From an uncultured Alphaproteobacteria bacterium (GTDB taxonomy: Bacteria > Pseudomonadota > Alphaproteobacteria > Methylaequorales > Methylaequoraceae): a stretch of 53,740 nucleotides of DNA. The stretch spans positions 1 through 53,740 of the forward strand of contig CACIYM010000004.1 in the NCBI GenBank assembly GCA_902590895.1, in the 5' to 3' direction. Within the stretch, counting starts at the first letter, position 1. Each line of letters begins with the position of its first letter. Positions 30,364 through 38,823 of this stretch are shown here, piece after piece. The position numbers and the translations under genes are program-made. The notes below the pieces were generated by a model. It searched no databases. It was not told where the DNA came from and saw nothing but the letters and a program-made list of their open reading frames with translations.

Positions 30364-30683
30364 ATTTTTTTTTTAAAATTGTCATTTTTAATATTTTTCT
30401 TTTATCAGCAGATATTTCATTTGCTGGAAACTGGTGCAAAGCAATTTATAATCAAGACATTTCTGAAGGTGATTTCCAAAAACAAATCAGCAAATGCAAA
30501 AATTCAGATAACTTTTTTTTAGCTATTCATACTTCCTACAATAATTCCGGCCACTTACTTAACTCGCTTATTTCAGAGCTATGCGATCTAAGAAGAAACA
30601 TAGTTAGATCTGAACCGAGAGAGGGTGATCCTTACTATACTGTTGTTTGTGAGTTTAGAAGGCATTATTTAAGAAAAAATTAA
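30360..30683 (+). CDS. Hypothetical exported protein with four Cys
   Basis: Signal-peptide-like N-terminus ending in SFA; ATGA overlap with the PAP2 gene. Confidence 0.7.
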   Translation: MNFFFKIVIFNIFLLSADISFAGNWCKAIYNQDISEGDFQKQISKCKNSDNFFLAIHTSYNNSGHLLNSLISELCDLRRNIVRSEPREGDPYYTVVCEFRRHYLRKN

Positions 30684-30713
30684 ACATTTATTTGTAAGGT
30701 CGTTTTTAAATAC

Positions 30714-30890
30714 ATGCTTAATTTAATTTCTAATATAAGATTCGATAGAATTAAAAGAAGTCATGATCATTCTTTCAAAAAAAATCTTGATAACTTTACA
30801 AATTCAGAACTAAGCATTCTTCCAGAAAATAATACCCTAGATACACAAATATCCTCTGCAGTTTGGATTGATCTTTATCGAAAACAATAA
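30714..30890 (+). CDS. Possible 58-aa hypothetical protein (not in ORF track)
   Basis: Open frame MLNLISNIRFDRIKRSHDHSFKKNLDNFTNSELSILPENNTLDTQISSAVWIDLYRKQ fills the gap, and its stop lies within the terminator arm. Weak RBS. Confidence 0.45.
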   Translation: MLNLISNIRFDRIKRSHDHSFKKNLDNFTNSELSILPENNTLDTQISSAVWIDLYRKQ

Positions 30891-31010
30891 AACCCTGAAT
30901 ATATCAGGGTTTTATTGGAGGAAATTAAAATAGACTTGAGACTAGCAATAACAAAAATGTTGAGGAGAATGTTATTGCACAAATTTTTGTTATTACCATA
31001 CTAGCCCTAT
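30881..31010 (-). ncRNA. Putative ~125-nt small RNA (or leader-peptide mRNA)
   Basis: Bounded by a TTGACA-17-TATATT promoter and the terminator. It has a 14-bp stem with a loop containing CUCCUC, plus a second UUCCUCC before the terminator. It also contains a 24-codon ORF (30925-30999). Confidence 0.55.
30885..30917. terminator. Bidirectional intrinsic terminator
   Basis: Perfect 14-bp inverted repeat CAATAAAACCCTGA-atata-TCAGGGTTTTATTG; T-rich runs follow the GC core on both strands. Confidence 0.85.
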
Positions 31011-31015
31011 TTATC

Positions 31016-31044
31016 AATATATAGTTAAAAAATAATAATGTCAA
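31016..31044 (-). promoter_or_regulatory. Sigma70-type promoter
   Basis: Minus strand: TTGACA (31044-31039), 17-nt spacer, TATATT (31021-31016). Confidence 0.65.
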
Positions 31045-31099
31045 ACAATATATTGATTTTTTCTATTTTATTTTAATTTCAATTTTTTAAACTTATTTC

Positions 31100-32365
31100 A
31101 TGAAAAAAAAAAAAATAGCTATCATTGGTAGCGGCATTTCTGGACTATCTTGCGCTTGGAAGTTATCAGAAAAATTTGATGTCGAATTATTTGAATGCCA
31201 AAATAGATTTGGCGGTCATTCAAATACTGTTGAGATAAAAGAGGGAAAAAAAACTATCAATGTAGACACTGGCTTTATTGTTTTCAATGAACATAATTAC
31301 CCGCTACTTTGCAAGTTTTTTGATAATTTAGGTGTCAATTCTTATGAGAGTGATATGTCATTTTCGGTTTCTATAACTCATAATAATTTGCAATATTCAG
31401 GTACGAATCTTTTTTCAATTTTTGCTCAACCGAAAAATATAATAAATTTAAATTTTTGGAGAATGTTATTTGAGATTGTCAGATTTAATAGGAATGTCGA
31501 AAAGGATGTCAAAAGTTTTTCAAATTTAACAATCGATCAATACTTGAAAAAAAAAAAATATAGTAATTACTATATGTATAATCATCTTTATCCAATGGCA
31601 GGGAGTATTTGGTCTTCAAAGGTAGGTGATATTAAAAATTATCCTTTTGATAAATTTGTTTCTTTCTTTGCAAACCATGGTCTGCTTAAAATTTTTAATA
31701 GACCAAAGTGGAGAACTGTAAAGGATGGAAGTCGTAGTTATGTCGAAAAAATATTAAAAAATAAAAAAATAAAATTTCATAAATGTACTTCAGTTAAAGT
31801 TAAAAAAAAAAAAGAAAAAAAAGTTTATCTAAATGTTAAGGGTTCAATTAAAAGTTATGATCATTTGGTTATTGCAACTCACTCTGACCAAGTGAAGTCA
31901 GTTTTAAATTTAGGTGTTGTAGAGAAAAAAATCTTTACTAATATGATTTATAAAAAAAATATTGTCTATCTTCATAATGATAAATCTTTGATGCCGAAAA
32001 ATATGAAAGTTTGGTCAAGTTGGAATTACCTTCAAAGTTCTACAAATGCTGGTAAGTTAACAGTTACTTATTGGATGAATAAACTACAAAACCTTAAAAC
32101 AGATACAGACTTTTTTGTTTCGTTAAATCCATTTAAAAAACCTATGAAAGAAAAAATATTTAAAATAATTGAATATGAGCATCCACATTATAATTTCGAA
32201 ACATTTAGAAAACAAAAAGAAATTGATAATATTCAAGGGAGAGAAAATATTTGGTTTTGCGGTGCTTATTTGGGATATGGTTTTCACGAAGATGGTATCA
32301 GCTCATCTATGAATGTTGCAAGAAGGATACATGATTTTGAAAAAGAAAAATTCAATGAACTCTGA
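31100..32365 (+). CDS. FAD/NAD-binding oxidoreductase COG2907 (UfaD-like fatty-acyl desaturase)
   Basis: IIGSGISGL, RFGGHSNT, VDTGFIVFN..NYP, W.SWNY, TYWMN.LQ, GYGFHEDG. Confidence 0.88.
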   Translation: MKKKKIAIIGSGISGLSCAWKLSEKFDVELFECQNRFGGHSNTVEIKEGKKTINVDTGFIVFNEHNYPLLCKFFDNLGVNSYESDMSFSVSITHNNLQYSGTNLFSIFAQPKNIINLNFWRMLFEIVRFNRNVEKDVKSFSNLTIDQYLKKKKYSNYYMYNHLYPMAGSIWSSKVGDIKNYPFDKFVSFFANHGLLKIFNRPKWRTVKDGSRSYVEKILKNKKIKFHKCTSVKVKKKKEKKVYLNVKGSIKSYDHLVIATHSDQVKSVLNLGVVEKKIFTNMIYKKNIVYLHNDKSLMPKNMKVWSSWNYLQSSTNAGKLTVTYWMNKLQNLKTDTDFFVSLNPFKKPMKEKIFKIIEYEHPHYNFETFRKQKEIDNIQGRENIWFCGAYLGYGFHEDGISSSMNVARRIHDFEKEKFNEL

Positions 32366-33101
32366 TGAAAACTTGCTTTTTTCTGGAATTGTAAGTCATG
32401 AACGGATAAAACCTTTTAAACATTCTTTCAAGTATAACGTAACATATTTTTGGTTTGATATAAATATTTCAGAGAAATACAAATTACTTAAAAAAAATAA
32501 ATTATCTCTTTTTTCCTTTTTTGATAGAGATCATGGCCCTGTTAAACCCAAAGTTGAATGCCTTAACAAATATTTAAAGAGTAAGTTAGATTTAAAAAAA
32601 AACGAAATTAAAACAATAAAAGTGTTGTGCTTACCAAGAACCATTGGATACGTTTTTAATCCAATCTCAGTTTTTTTAATTTATGATTATAAAAACATTC
32701 CCGTAAGGATAGTTTTTGAAGTAAGTAATACTTTTGGTGAAAGGCACGCTTATGTATGTAAGGTAAATACCAAAGGGGTTTACTATTTAAATAAGGTACT
32801 TTACGTTTCTCCTTTTTTTAAAACTGAAGGAAAATATAAAATCCAATTCAATATAAAAAAAAAAGTTATTAATTTACTTATCTTTTACAACGTAAATAAT
32901 ATTAGGGTATTCAAGGCATCATTCATTGGGAATTCAAAAAAAATGTCAGAATTTAATTTACTAACACTATTTTTTAGTAATATGTTTCAAAATTTTAAAG
33001 TAACCTTTGGAATTTACATTCAGGCCTTGAAACTTTGGTTAAAAGGTGCAAAATACATAAATAAACCAAACAAACCAAAGAACTTCATAACAAGAATATA
33101 A
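32355..33101 (+). CDS. DUF1365 family protein (UfaO-like)
   Basis: H.R..P..HSF.Y, PR..GYVFNPIS, EVSNTFGERH.Y, K.LYVSPF, IY.QAL.LW.KG. Start moved to the ATG at 32355. Confidence 0.88.
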   Translation: MNSDENLLFSGIVSHERIKPFKHSFKYNVTYFWFDINISEKYKLLKKNKLSLFSFFDRDHGPVKPKVECLNKYLKSKLDLKKNEIKTIKVLCLPRTIGYVFNPISVFLIYDYKNIPVRIVFEVSNTFGERHAYVCKVNTKGVYYLNKVLYVSPFFKTEGKYKIQFNIKKKVINLLIFYNVNNIRVFKASFIGNSKKMSEFNLLTLFFSNMFQNFKVTFGIYIQALKLWLKGAKYINKPNKPKNFITRI

Positions 33102-33107
33102 TTTTAA

Positions 33108-34292
33108 ATGGATAAAGAGTTTAAGGCAAAAGCCGATCTTTTTTTTAGCGTTTTGTCTCAAGGAAAATTTGGGTCAATAGAAGTTTATTACGAAAAAAAA
33201 AAAATCTTCTTTCATCGTGGTAATCTTCCTGGACCTAATGCTCGAATAAAACTTTTAGATAAAAAATGTCTAGATGATTTTTTCCTCAAAGGAGATCTTG
33301 GTTGGGCAGAAAGTTATATTGAAAGTAATTGGGAGTCGACAAACCTCTCAGATTTTCTAGAGTGGGGAGCAAAGAACTTTCACGAGTTTTCAAAGTATAT
33401 AAGAGGTAAATGGTTTGTCATCCTCTACTTAAGACTAAAGCATTATCTTAACAGAAATTCTAAAACAGGATCAAAAAAAAATATCTCCTTTCATTATGAT
33501 TTGGGTAATTCTTTTTATGAAAAGTGGCTTGATAAATCAATGACATATTCATCAGGTATGTTTAAAAAAAATTCTGATGATTTATATGATGCACAACTAA
33601 ATAAGTATAGAAATTTGGCGAAAATAACTAAAATTAAAAACAAAGATAAGGTCCTAGAAATTGGATGTGGATGGGGAGGATTTTCGTGTTTCCTAGCTAA
33701 AAATTTTTCAGCTGATGTTACAGCAATTACTATATCAAAAAAACAATATGAAAAAGTAAAAGAAAAAGTTTACAAAGAAAAATTAACCGAAAAAGTTAAC
33801 GTTAAATTAACTGATTATAGAGAGATAAAAGGACTTTATGATAAAATAGTTTCGATTGAAATGTTTGAGGCTGTCGGGGAAAAATACTGGTCAAAATACT
33901 TTGATATCTTGAGGAGTAATTTAAAACATAATGGAGCTATTGGGCTACAAACCATAACTATAGAGGACAAATTTTTCAAAAAATATAGGAAATTTCCTGA
34001 CTTTATTCAAACTTACATTTTTCCTGGAGGAATGTTACCTTCAATCGAGGAAATGAGTAAGGTTTTAAAATCAAAAGGTCTAACAATTGAAAAAAAACAA
34101 ATGTTTGGAAATGATTATGCAAAAACCTTAAGAATGTGGTCAAAGTCTTTTGAGAGTTCTTGGGATAATATTAAAAAAGAGGGTTTTAATGATACATTTA
34201 GAAGAATGTGGAGATATTATCTTGGTTATTGTGAGGGAGGGTTTAAATCAGGAAATATTAATGTTGGACAATTTTTGATTAAAAAGAACTAG
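33108..34292 (+). CDS. cfa: Cyclopropane-fatty-acyl-phospholipid synthase family SAM methyltransferase (Cfa/UfaM-like)
   Basis: NI..HYDLGN.FY..WLD.SMTYSS, LEIGCGWGG, SIEMFEAVG, YIFPGG.LPS, RMW.YYL.YCEGGF. Confidence 0.92.
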   Translation: MDKEFKAKADLFFSVLSQGKFGSIEVYYEKKKIFFHRGNLPGPNARIKLLDKKCLDDFFLKGDLGWAESYIESNWESTNLSDFLEWGAKNFHEFSKYIRGKWFVILYLRLKHYLNRNSKTGSKKNISFHYDLGNSFYEKWLDKSMTYSSGMFKKNSDDLYDAQLNKYRNLAKITKIKNKDKVLEIGCGWGGFSCFLAKNFSADVTAITISKKQYEKVKEKVYKEKLTEKVNVKLTDYREIKGLYDKIVSIEMFEAVGEKYWSKYFDILRSNLKHNGAIGLQTITIEDKFFKKYRKFPDFIQTYIFPGGMLPSIEEMSKVLKSKGLTIEKKQMFGNDYAKTLRMWSKSFESSWDNIKKEGFNDTFRRMWRYYLGYCEGGFKSGNINVGQFLIKKN

Positions 34293-35578
34293 TGAAAAAA
34301 ATTTCTTCAAGAAATATCTTTTATTCTTTACCAGCCTTCTCTTTTGCAATACCAACTTTCCCAGTGATGATAATGCTCCCAGCATTTTTCGCTGAGGTTC
34401 ATAACTTTGATATTGCAATTATTGGAACATATATATTTCTTGCAAAGCTAATTGATATTGCCTCTGATCCCATTGTTGGCTGGATTAATGATAAAAAAAA
34501 TTTAAACAGGAAGTTTTTAATAATTTTGGGTTCAATTCTTTGTTCAATAGGGCTTTATAAACTTTTTATACAAAAACAAATTGATTATGACGCTTACTTA
34601 CTTGTGTGGATAAGCGTTTTATATTTAGGTTGGACGTTCTTCCAAATACCTTATTTGTCTATTGGTTATGATTTAGAAAAGGACTACTTTTTGAGAACAA
34701 AACTTAGTGCGAATAGAGAACTTTTCATTTTATTTGGTCTTTTCTTTTCTTTAGGTTTCCCAATGTTTTTTAATTTTAGTAATGCTGAGCTTCTTAGTTT
34801 AATTGTTTATATAGCAATTTTTTCAGGTTTTATTGGAGTTTCAGTTATGCTTTACAAAATTCCTGATAATCGAACAACAAATAAAGATGTTGAATTAAAA
34901 AGCGTTTTTAAAAATTTAAAAAACAATTACTTGTTAGTAAGATTAATGTTTGCATGGTTTGTAAATAGTCTTGCAAACGTTTTTCCCATGATATTATTTT
35001 CATTTTATGTATCTTACGTTCTCGGAGGTAGTGACGGTGATAGACAAGTTGTTCTTTTCTATTATTTTTTATTTGCTATCCTGGGTGTACCCTTTTGGAC
35101 ATATGTAAGCAAAAGGTTTGGGAAAAAAAAAACTTGGGTTAGTTCTTTAATACTATCAGCATTTTTCTTTATATTTGTTTTGTTTCTATCTAAAGGAGAC
35201 TTACAATACTTTATTATTATCTCGTGTATTACAGGTTTTTGTCTAGGTGCTGACTTGATAATTCCTCCTTCTATTCAAGCGGACTTAAGTGATGTTCATC
35301 TTAATAAATTTAAGGAGGATATTTCTGGTATTTTATTTTCTTTAATAACTTTTTTTAATAAATTATCTTTTGCTGTAGCTAGTTTATTTGTATTTTCCAT
35401 TTTGAGTTATCTTAATTTTGAAGCTAACAAAGAAATTAATCCAGAAACTAAAATTTTCATAATATTTAGTTATGCATTAACCCCAATCTTATTAAAATGT
35501 TTGTCATCATTCATTTTGATGAGTTTTAGAATAACAGAAATGGATCTTAAAAAAATTCAGAAAAAAATTTATGGTTGA
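34292..35578 (+). CDS. MFS/GPH-family (MelB-like) transporter
   Basis: D..SDP.VG.I.D, QIPY, GAD...PPS.QAD; about 12 TMs. Confidence 0.85.
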   Translation: MKKISSRNIFYSLPAFSFAIPTFPVMIMLPAFFAEVHNFDIAIIGTYIFLAKLIDIASDPIVGWINDKKNLNRKFLIILGSILCSIGLYKLFIQKQIDYDAYLLVWISVLYLGWTFFQIPYLSIGYDLEKDYFLRTKLSANRELFILFGLFFSLGFPMFFNFSNAELLSLIVYIAIFSGFIGVSVMLYKIPDNRTTNKDVELKSVFKNLKNNYLLVRLMFAWFVNSLANVFPMILFSFYVSYVLGGSDGDRQVVLFYYFLFAILGVPFWTYVSKRFGKKKTWVSSLILSAFFFIFVLFLSKGDLQYFIIISCITGFCLGADLIIPPSIQADLSDVHLNKFKEDISGILFSLITFFNKLSFAVASLFVFSILSYLNFEANKEINPETKIFIIFSYALTPILLKCLSSFILMSFRITEMDLKKIQKKIYG

Positions 35579-35608
35579 AATTTTTTTTTTTATGAAGATT
35601 AATATAAT

Positions 35609-36130
35609 ATGCGATTTTTAATAGTAATTTTTCTTTTTATAACTTCTTGTTCAACAGATATGAATATAAACGATTTCAGTGATAAAAAACCTAATTTTAA
35701 ACTTGAAGAATACTTCAATGGCAAAACAGAGGCATGGGGAATGTTTCATGATAGATTTGGAAACCTAAAAAGATCTTTTAAGGTTGATATTGTAGGAACG
35801 TTGAATTCAAATACTCTTACTTTAGATGAAAAGTTTCTTTATGATGATGGAGAAAAAGATACTAGAATTTGGACCATAAAAATTCTAGGTGATAACAGAT
35901 ATTCAGGCGAGGCTTCAGATGTTGTCGGCAAAGCTACAGGAATATCAAGTGGTAATGCATTAAATTGGAAGTACAAGTTAAATCTTAAAGTTAAAGACAG
36001 CACAATTATGGTTGACTTTGATGATTGGATGTTTCTTCAGGACAAAGGTATACTAATTAATCGAGCTGAAGTTAAAAAATGGGGACTTAATATCGGTGTG
36101 GTAACAATTACTTTTTTAAAGCTTGATTAG
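35609..36130 (+). CDS. DUF3833 family lipoprotein
   Basis: Lipobox ITSC; F.LE.YF.G...AWG.F.DRFG, L.E.F.YDDGE...R.W, FDDWM.L. Confidence 0.88.
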   Translation: MRFLIVIFLFITSCSTDMNINDFSDKKPNFKLEEYFNGKTEAWGMFHDRFGNLKRSFKVDIVGTLNSNTLTLDEKFLYDDGEKDTRIWTIKILGDNRYSGEASDVVGKATGISSGNALNWKYKLNLKVKDSTIMVDFDDWMFLQDKGILINRAEVKKWGLNIGVVTITFLKLD

Positions 36131-36531
36131 TCGTTGTGAATTTTTTTAAAAATTGAACCAATTATTGGCAGATTAGAATACACATTTACCCCACTGTCCC
36201 AATAATCAATGTGCTTATAAATTAGATTTTTTTTAATAATTATCTCACTTATTCCATCAAAGTTTAACTTCTTCTTGGAACCTTCATATTCAAAATTCCA
36301 TTTAATAAGAGTAAGATTTTTTTCTTCTAAAACATTCAAAATTTTAAATTTCGGATTTTTAATTTTGACAAACATTTTATTTAAAAATTTTCTAAAACAC
36401 TCTTTACCTTTTATTTTATTAAACGGATCGATAAAAACAAAATCTTCATGTAAACAGTCTACAAGGTTGTTAATTGTGGATTGTTTTAATTGCTCAAAAG
36501 ATTTAGTGTATTCTTTTGTAATATTCTTCAT
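36127..36531 (-). CDS. SnoaL/NTF2-like protein
   Basis: F.DPFN...G, H.DYWDS....Y..LP..G. Confidence 0.82.
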   Translation of the reverse strand: MKNITKEYTKSFEQLKQSTINNLVDCLHEDFVFIDPFNKIKGKECFRKFLNKMFVKIKNPKFKILNVLEEKNLTLIKWNFEYEGSKKKLNFDGISEIIIKKNLIYKHIDYWDSGVNVYSNLPIIGSIFKKIHND

Positions 36532-37283
36532 TCTGGCAGTTTTACAAATTTTTTGATTAAATAGAAGTAAATCCTATATGGAAGAAAGCTTAGTATTTTC
36601 ATTGGTATCAAAAGCATTTTTGGAAAATAGATTTCGAAAATATTTGAATTTATTTTTGAGAAAATTATTTTTGCTGCTTTTTCAGAACTCATTAAAAATG
36701 GCATTGGAAAAGTATTTTTATCAGTCATCGGAGTTTTAATAAAACCTGGATGAACTACTTGTACTTTGATATTAAATTGTTCTAGTTCTATCTTTAAAGT
36801 TTCTGCTAAAAAAGTTAAGCCTGATTTTGTTACTCCGTATAAGCCAGCTCCTGGCATTCCTCTATATCCTGCTGGTGATGACACAAAAATAACATGCCCC
36901 TTTTGTTTCTTCTTCATCGTATTAACAATTATTGGAAGGCAATTTATGATACCCGTTAAATTAGTATCAATAACTTTTTTAGCGTTTATAGGGGAAATTT
37001 CTTTTAAGGAACCAGGGCTATAAATTGCAGCATTAAGAACTAATAGATCAATAAATTTGAATTTCTTAATTATTTTTTTTGCAACAATGTCAGTCTCTTT
37101 TAAATTACTAACATCAAGTTTGTATGGGAAAATTTTCTTTTTGTTGTACTTTGCAACCTCGATTAATTTATCTTTTCGTCTTCCGCTTATTACTACGTCA
37201 AATCCATTATCACACAAAAGTTTGGTTAAATCTTTTCCTATTCCTGTGCCTCCCCCAGTAAGCCAAACTGTTTTTTTATTCAT
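36528..37283 (-). CDS. Short-chain dehydrogenase/reductase
   Basis: TGGGTGIG, NAA, YGVTK (YxxxK), PGFIKTPMT..N.F.MP. Confidence 0.9.
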   Translation of the reverse strand: MNKKTVWLTGGGTGIGKDLTKLLCDNGFDVVISGRRKDKLIEVAKYNKKKIFPYKLDVSNLKETDIVAKKIIKKFKFIDLLVLNAAIYSPGSLKEISPINAKKVIDTNLTGIINCLPIIVNTMKKKQKGHVIFVSSPAGYRGMPGAGLYGVTKSGLTFLAETLKIELEQFNIKVQVVHPGFIKTPMTDKNTFPMPFLMSSEKAAKIIFSKINSNIFEIYFPKMLLIPMKILSFLPYRIYFYLIKKFVKLPE

Positions 37284-37935
37284 TGTTATCGAAGTCCTTT
37301 AAAAAGTATTCAATTTCACTTCCATCCTTATAAAATATCATTTTAACCCATTGAGAATCTTTATACCAAATATCGATATCTACATCATCGCCGGTAATTT
37401 CTTTACCAGTTAATTTAAAGTGCTCGGCTAACATTTCGTTGTTGTAGATGTTATCTTCTCCAAGGTAATTAATCTTAAAGTCGATAAAGCTACAATCTTG
37501 AGTGTTTAAAACTGTCTTATCTTTTTTATCTTTAACCAAATCGTAGTTCCAATAACTTGAAGGTATAATTATGTCATTAATCTTTTCTTTATTATTTGTT
37601 CCATCTAAAGAAATGCTATTGTTAATTTTATTTACATTGCAAAATAAATTTTCACCATCTTTGTCAGTCTTGGATTTTAATTGAACCAAAGAATTGTTAA
37701 ACCAGTTTTCATTGTTTTGGTGAAAATAATTGTAAACAGTGAAGCCAAGGAAGGTTACTTCAAATTTTATTTCAACAAATGGGTTAACTGAATTGTTGTT
37801 TTTATTAAAATTAATTTTGTGGTATCCAATTTTTGAACCATTTCTGTATACATTGAAATGTATGTCTTTCAATTCTGTACTTTTGACTTCTAGAAAATTA
37901 CCAAGAAGAATAACTATTATTAGTAAAGATTTCAA
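37276..37935 (-). CDS. Exported beta-rich protein, DUF6134-like
   Basis: Signal peptide; F.VYRNG..IG.H, Y.Y.H...E.W, PSSYWN, LNTQ, WY...WV. Confidence 0.65.
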   Translation of the reverse strand: MKSLLIIVILLGNFLEVKSTELKDIHFNVYRNGSKIGYHKINFNKNNNSVNPFVEIKFEVTFLGFTVYNYFHQNNENWFNNSLVQLKSKTDKDGENLFCNVNKINNSISLDGTNNKEKINDIIIPSSYWNYDLVKDKKDKTVLNTQDCSFIDFKINYLGEDNIYNNEMLAEHFKLTGKEITGDDVDIDIWYKDSQWVKMIFYKDGSEIEYFLKDFDNNE

Positions 37936-37946
37936 AATATTGGGTT

Positions 37947-37974
37947 TGAGTGGTTACAATACAGTAACCACTCA
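37947..37974. other. 11-bp perfect hairpin downstream of yccA (terminator or mRNA-stabilising stem)
   Basis: TGAGTGGTTAC-aataca-GTAACCACTCA; no clear U-tract. Confidence 0.55.
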
Positions 37975-37984
37975 TCTGAAATTG

Positions 37985-38716
37985 TTAACGACGTTGTCCA
38001 AATAATTGGATTAGCATTATAAATAGATTGATAAAATCTAAGTACAGGGTTAGAGCACCCATTATTGCTTTTTTACCTTCGTTACCAGTACCGTCGAAAT
38101 ACATAGCCTTGATTCTTTGCGTATCATATGCTGTTAGTCCAGCGAATACTAAAACACCAATTACAGATATTGCAAACTGCAAACCAGTGCTACCAAGAAA
38201 TATATTAACAATCGATGCGAGTAAGATCCCAATAAGTCCAATAAATAGGAATGATCCCCATCCAGAAAGATCTTTCTTAGTGGTGTAGCCATAAAGACTT
38301 AAACCTCCGAAAGCACCTGCTGAGATGAAAAACACTCTAGCAACAGATTCACCGGTATATTGGATAAAAATTGAAGATAAAGATAGACCCATAACACCTG
38401 CAAAAGCCCAAAATAGGATTTGAACTGTGCTCTCTTTCATTTTTGCAATACCAAAGTTTAAAGCTAAGATGAAAGCCAATGGTGATAACATTATAATGAA
38501 AGCAAGAGGTGAAGCATAAATTGCTGCACCAAATGATGTCATAGAATTTGTTGAGAAATCGAAAGCCAATTTTGATGTAAGATGCGCTATTACCCCTGTT
38601 AAAGCCAGACCTACCGCCATAAACGAATAAACTTTGTTCATGTAAGCTTTCAAGCCTAAATCTATTTCAGTGGATGTTGCTCTTGATCTGACATTTCTAT
38701 CATAGTCGTAAGCCAT
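37985..38716 (-). CDS. Bax inhibitor-1/YccA family membrane protein
   Basis: YGYTTKKDLS.WGSFL, AGLTAYDTQRIK, GALTLYLDFINLF. Start set to the ATG at 38716, which has AGGAGA upstream. Confidence 0.93.
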   Translation of the reverse strand: MAYDYDRNVRSRATSTEIDLGLKAYMNKVYSFMAVGLALTGVIAHLTSKLAFDFSTNSMTSFGAAIYASPLAFIIMLSPLAFILALNFGIAKMKESTVQILFWAFAGVMGLSLSSIFIQYTGESVARVFFISAGAFGGLSLYGYTTKKDLSGWGSFLFIGLIGILLASIVNIFLGSTGLQFAISVIGVLVFAGLTAYDTQRIKAMYFDGTGNEGKKAIMGALTLYLDFINLFIMLIQLFGQRR

Positions 38717-38823
38717 TTTTTCTCCTATTTGTAAAAGGTTTATTTCTCTTAATAATATACTATTATTATTTAATAGTAAAAATATGTTACAATTTTTTAA
38801 AATCAAGAAAATTATTTATAATT

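Noticed and set aside
30881-31010. 6S RNA, tRNA or riboswitch identity for the intergenic structure
   Set aside because: It is too short and lacks the central-bubble rod of 6S. There is no cloverleaf or T-loop motif, and no downstream gene on its strand for a riboswitch to control.
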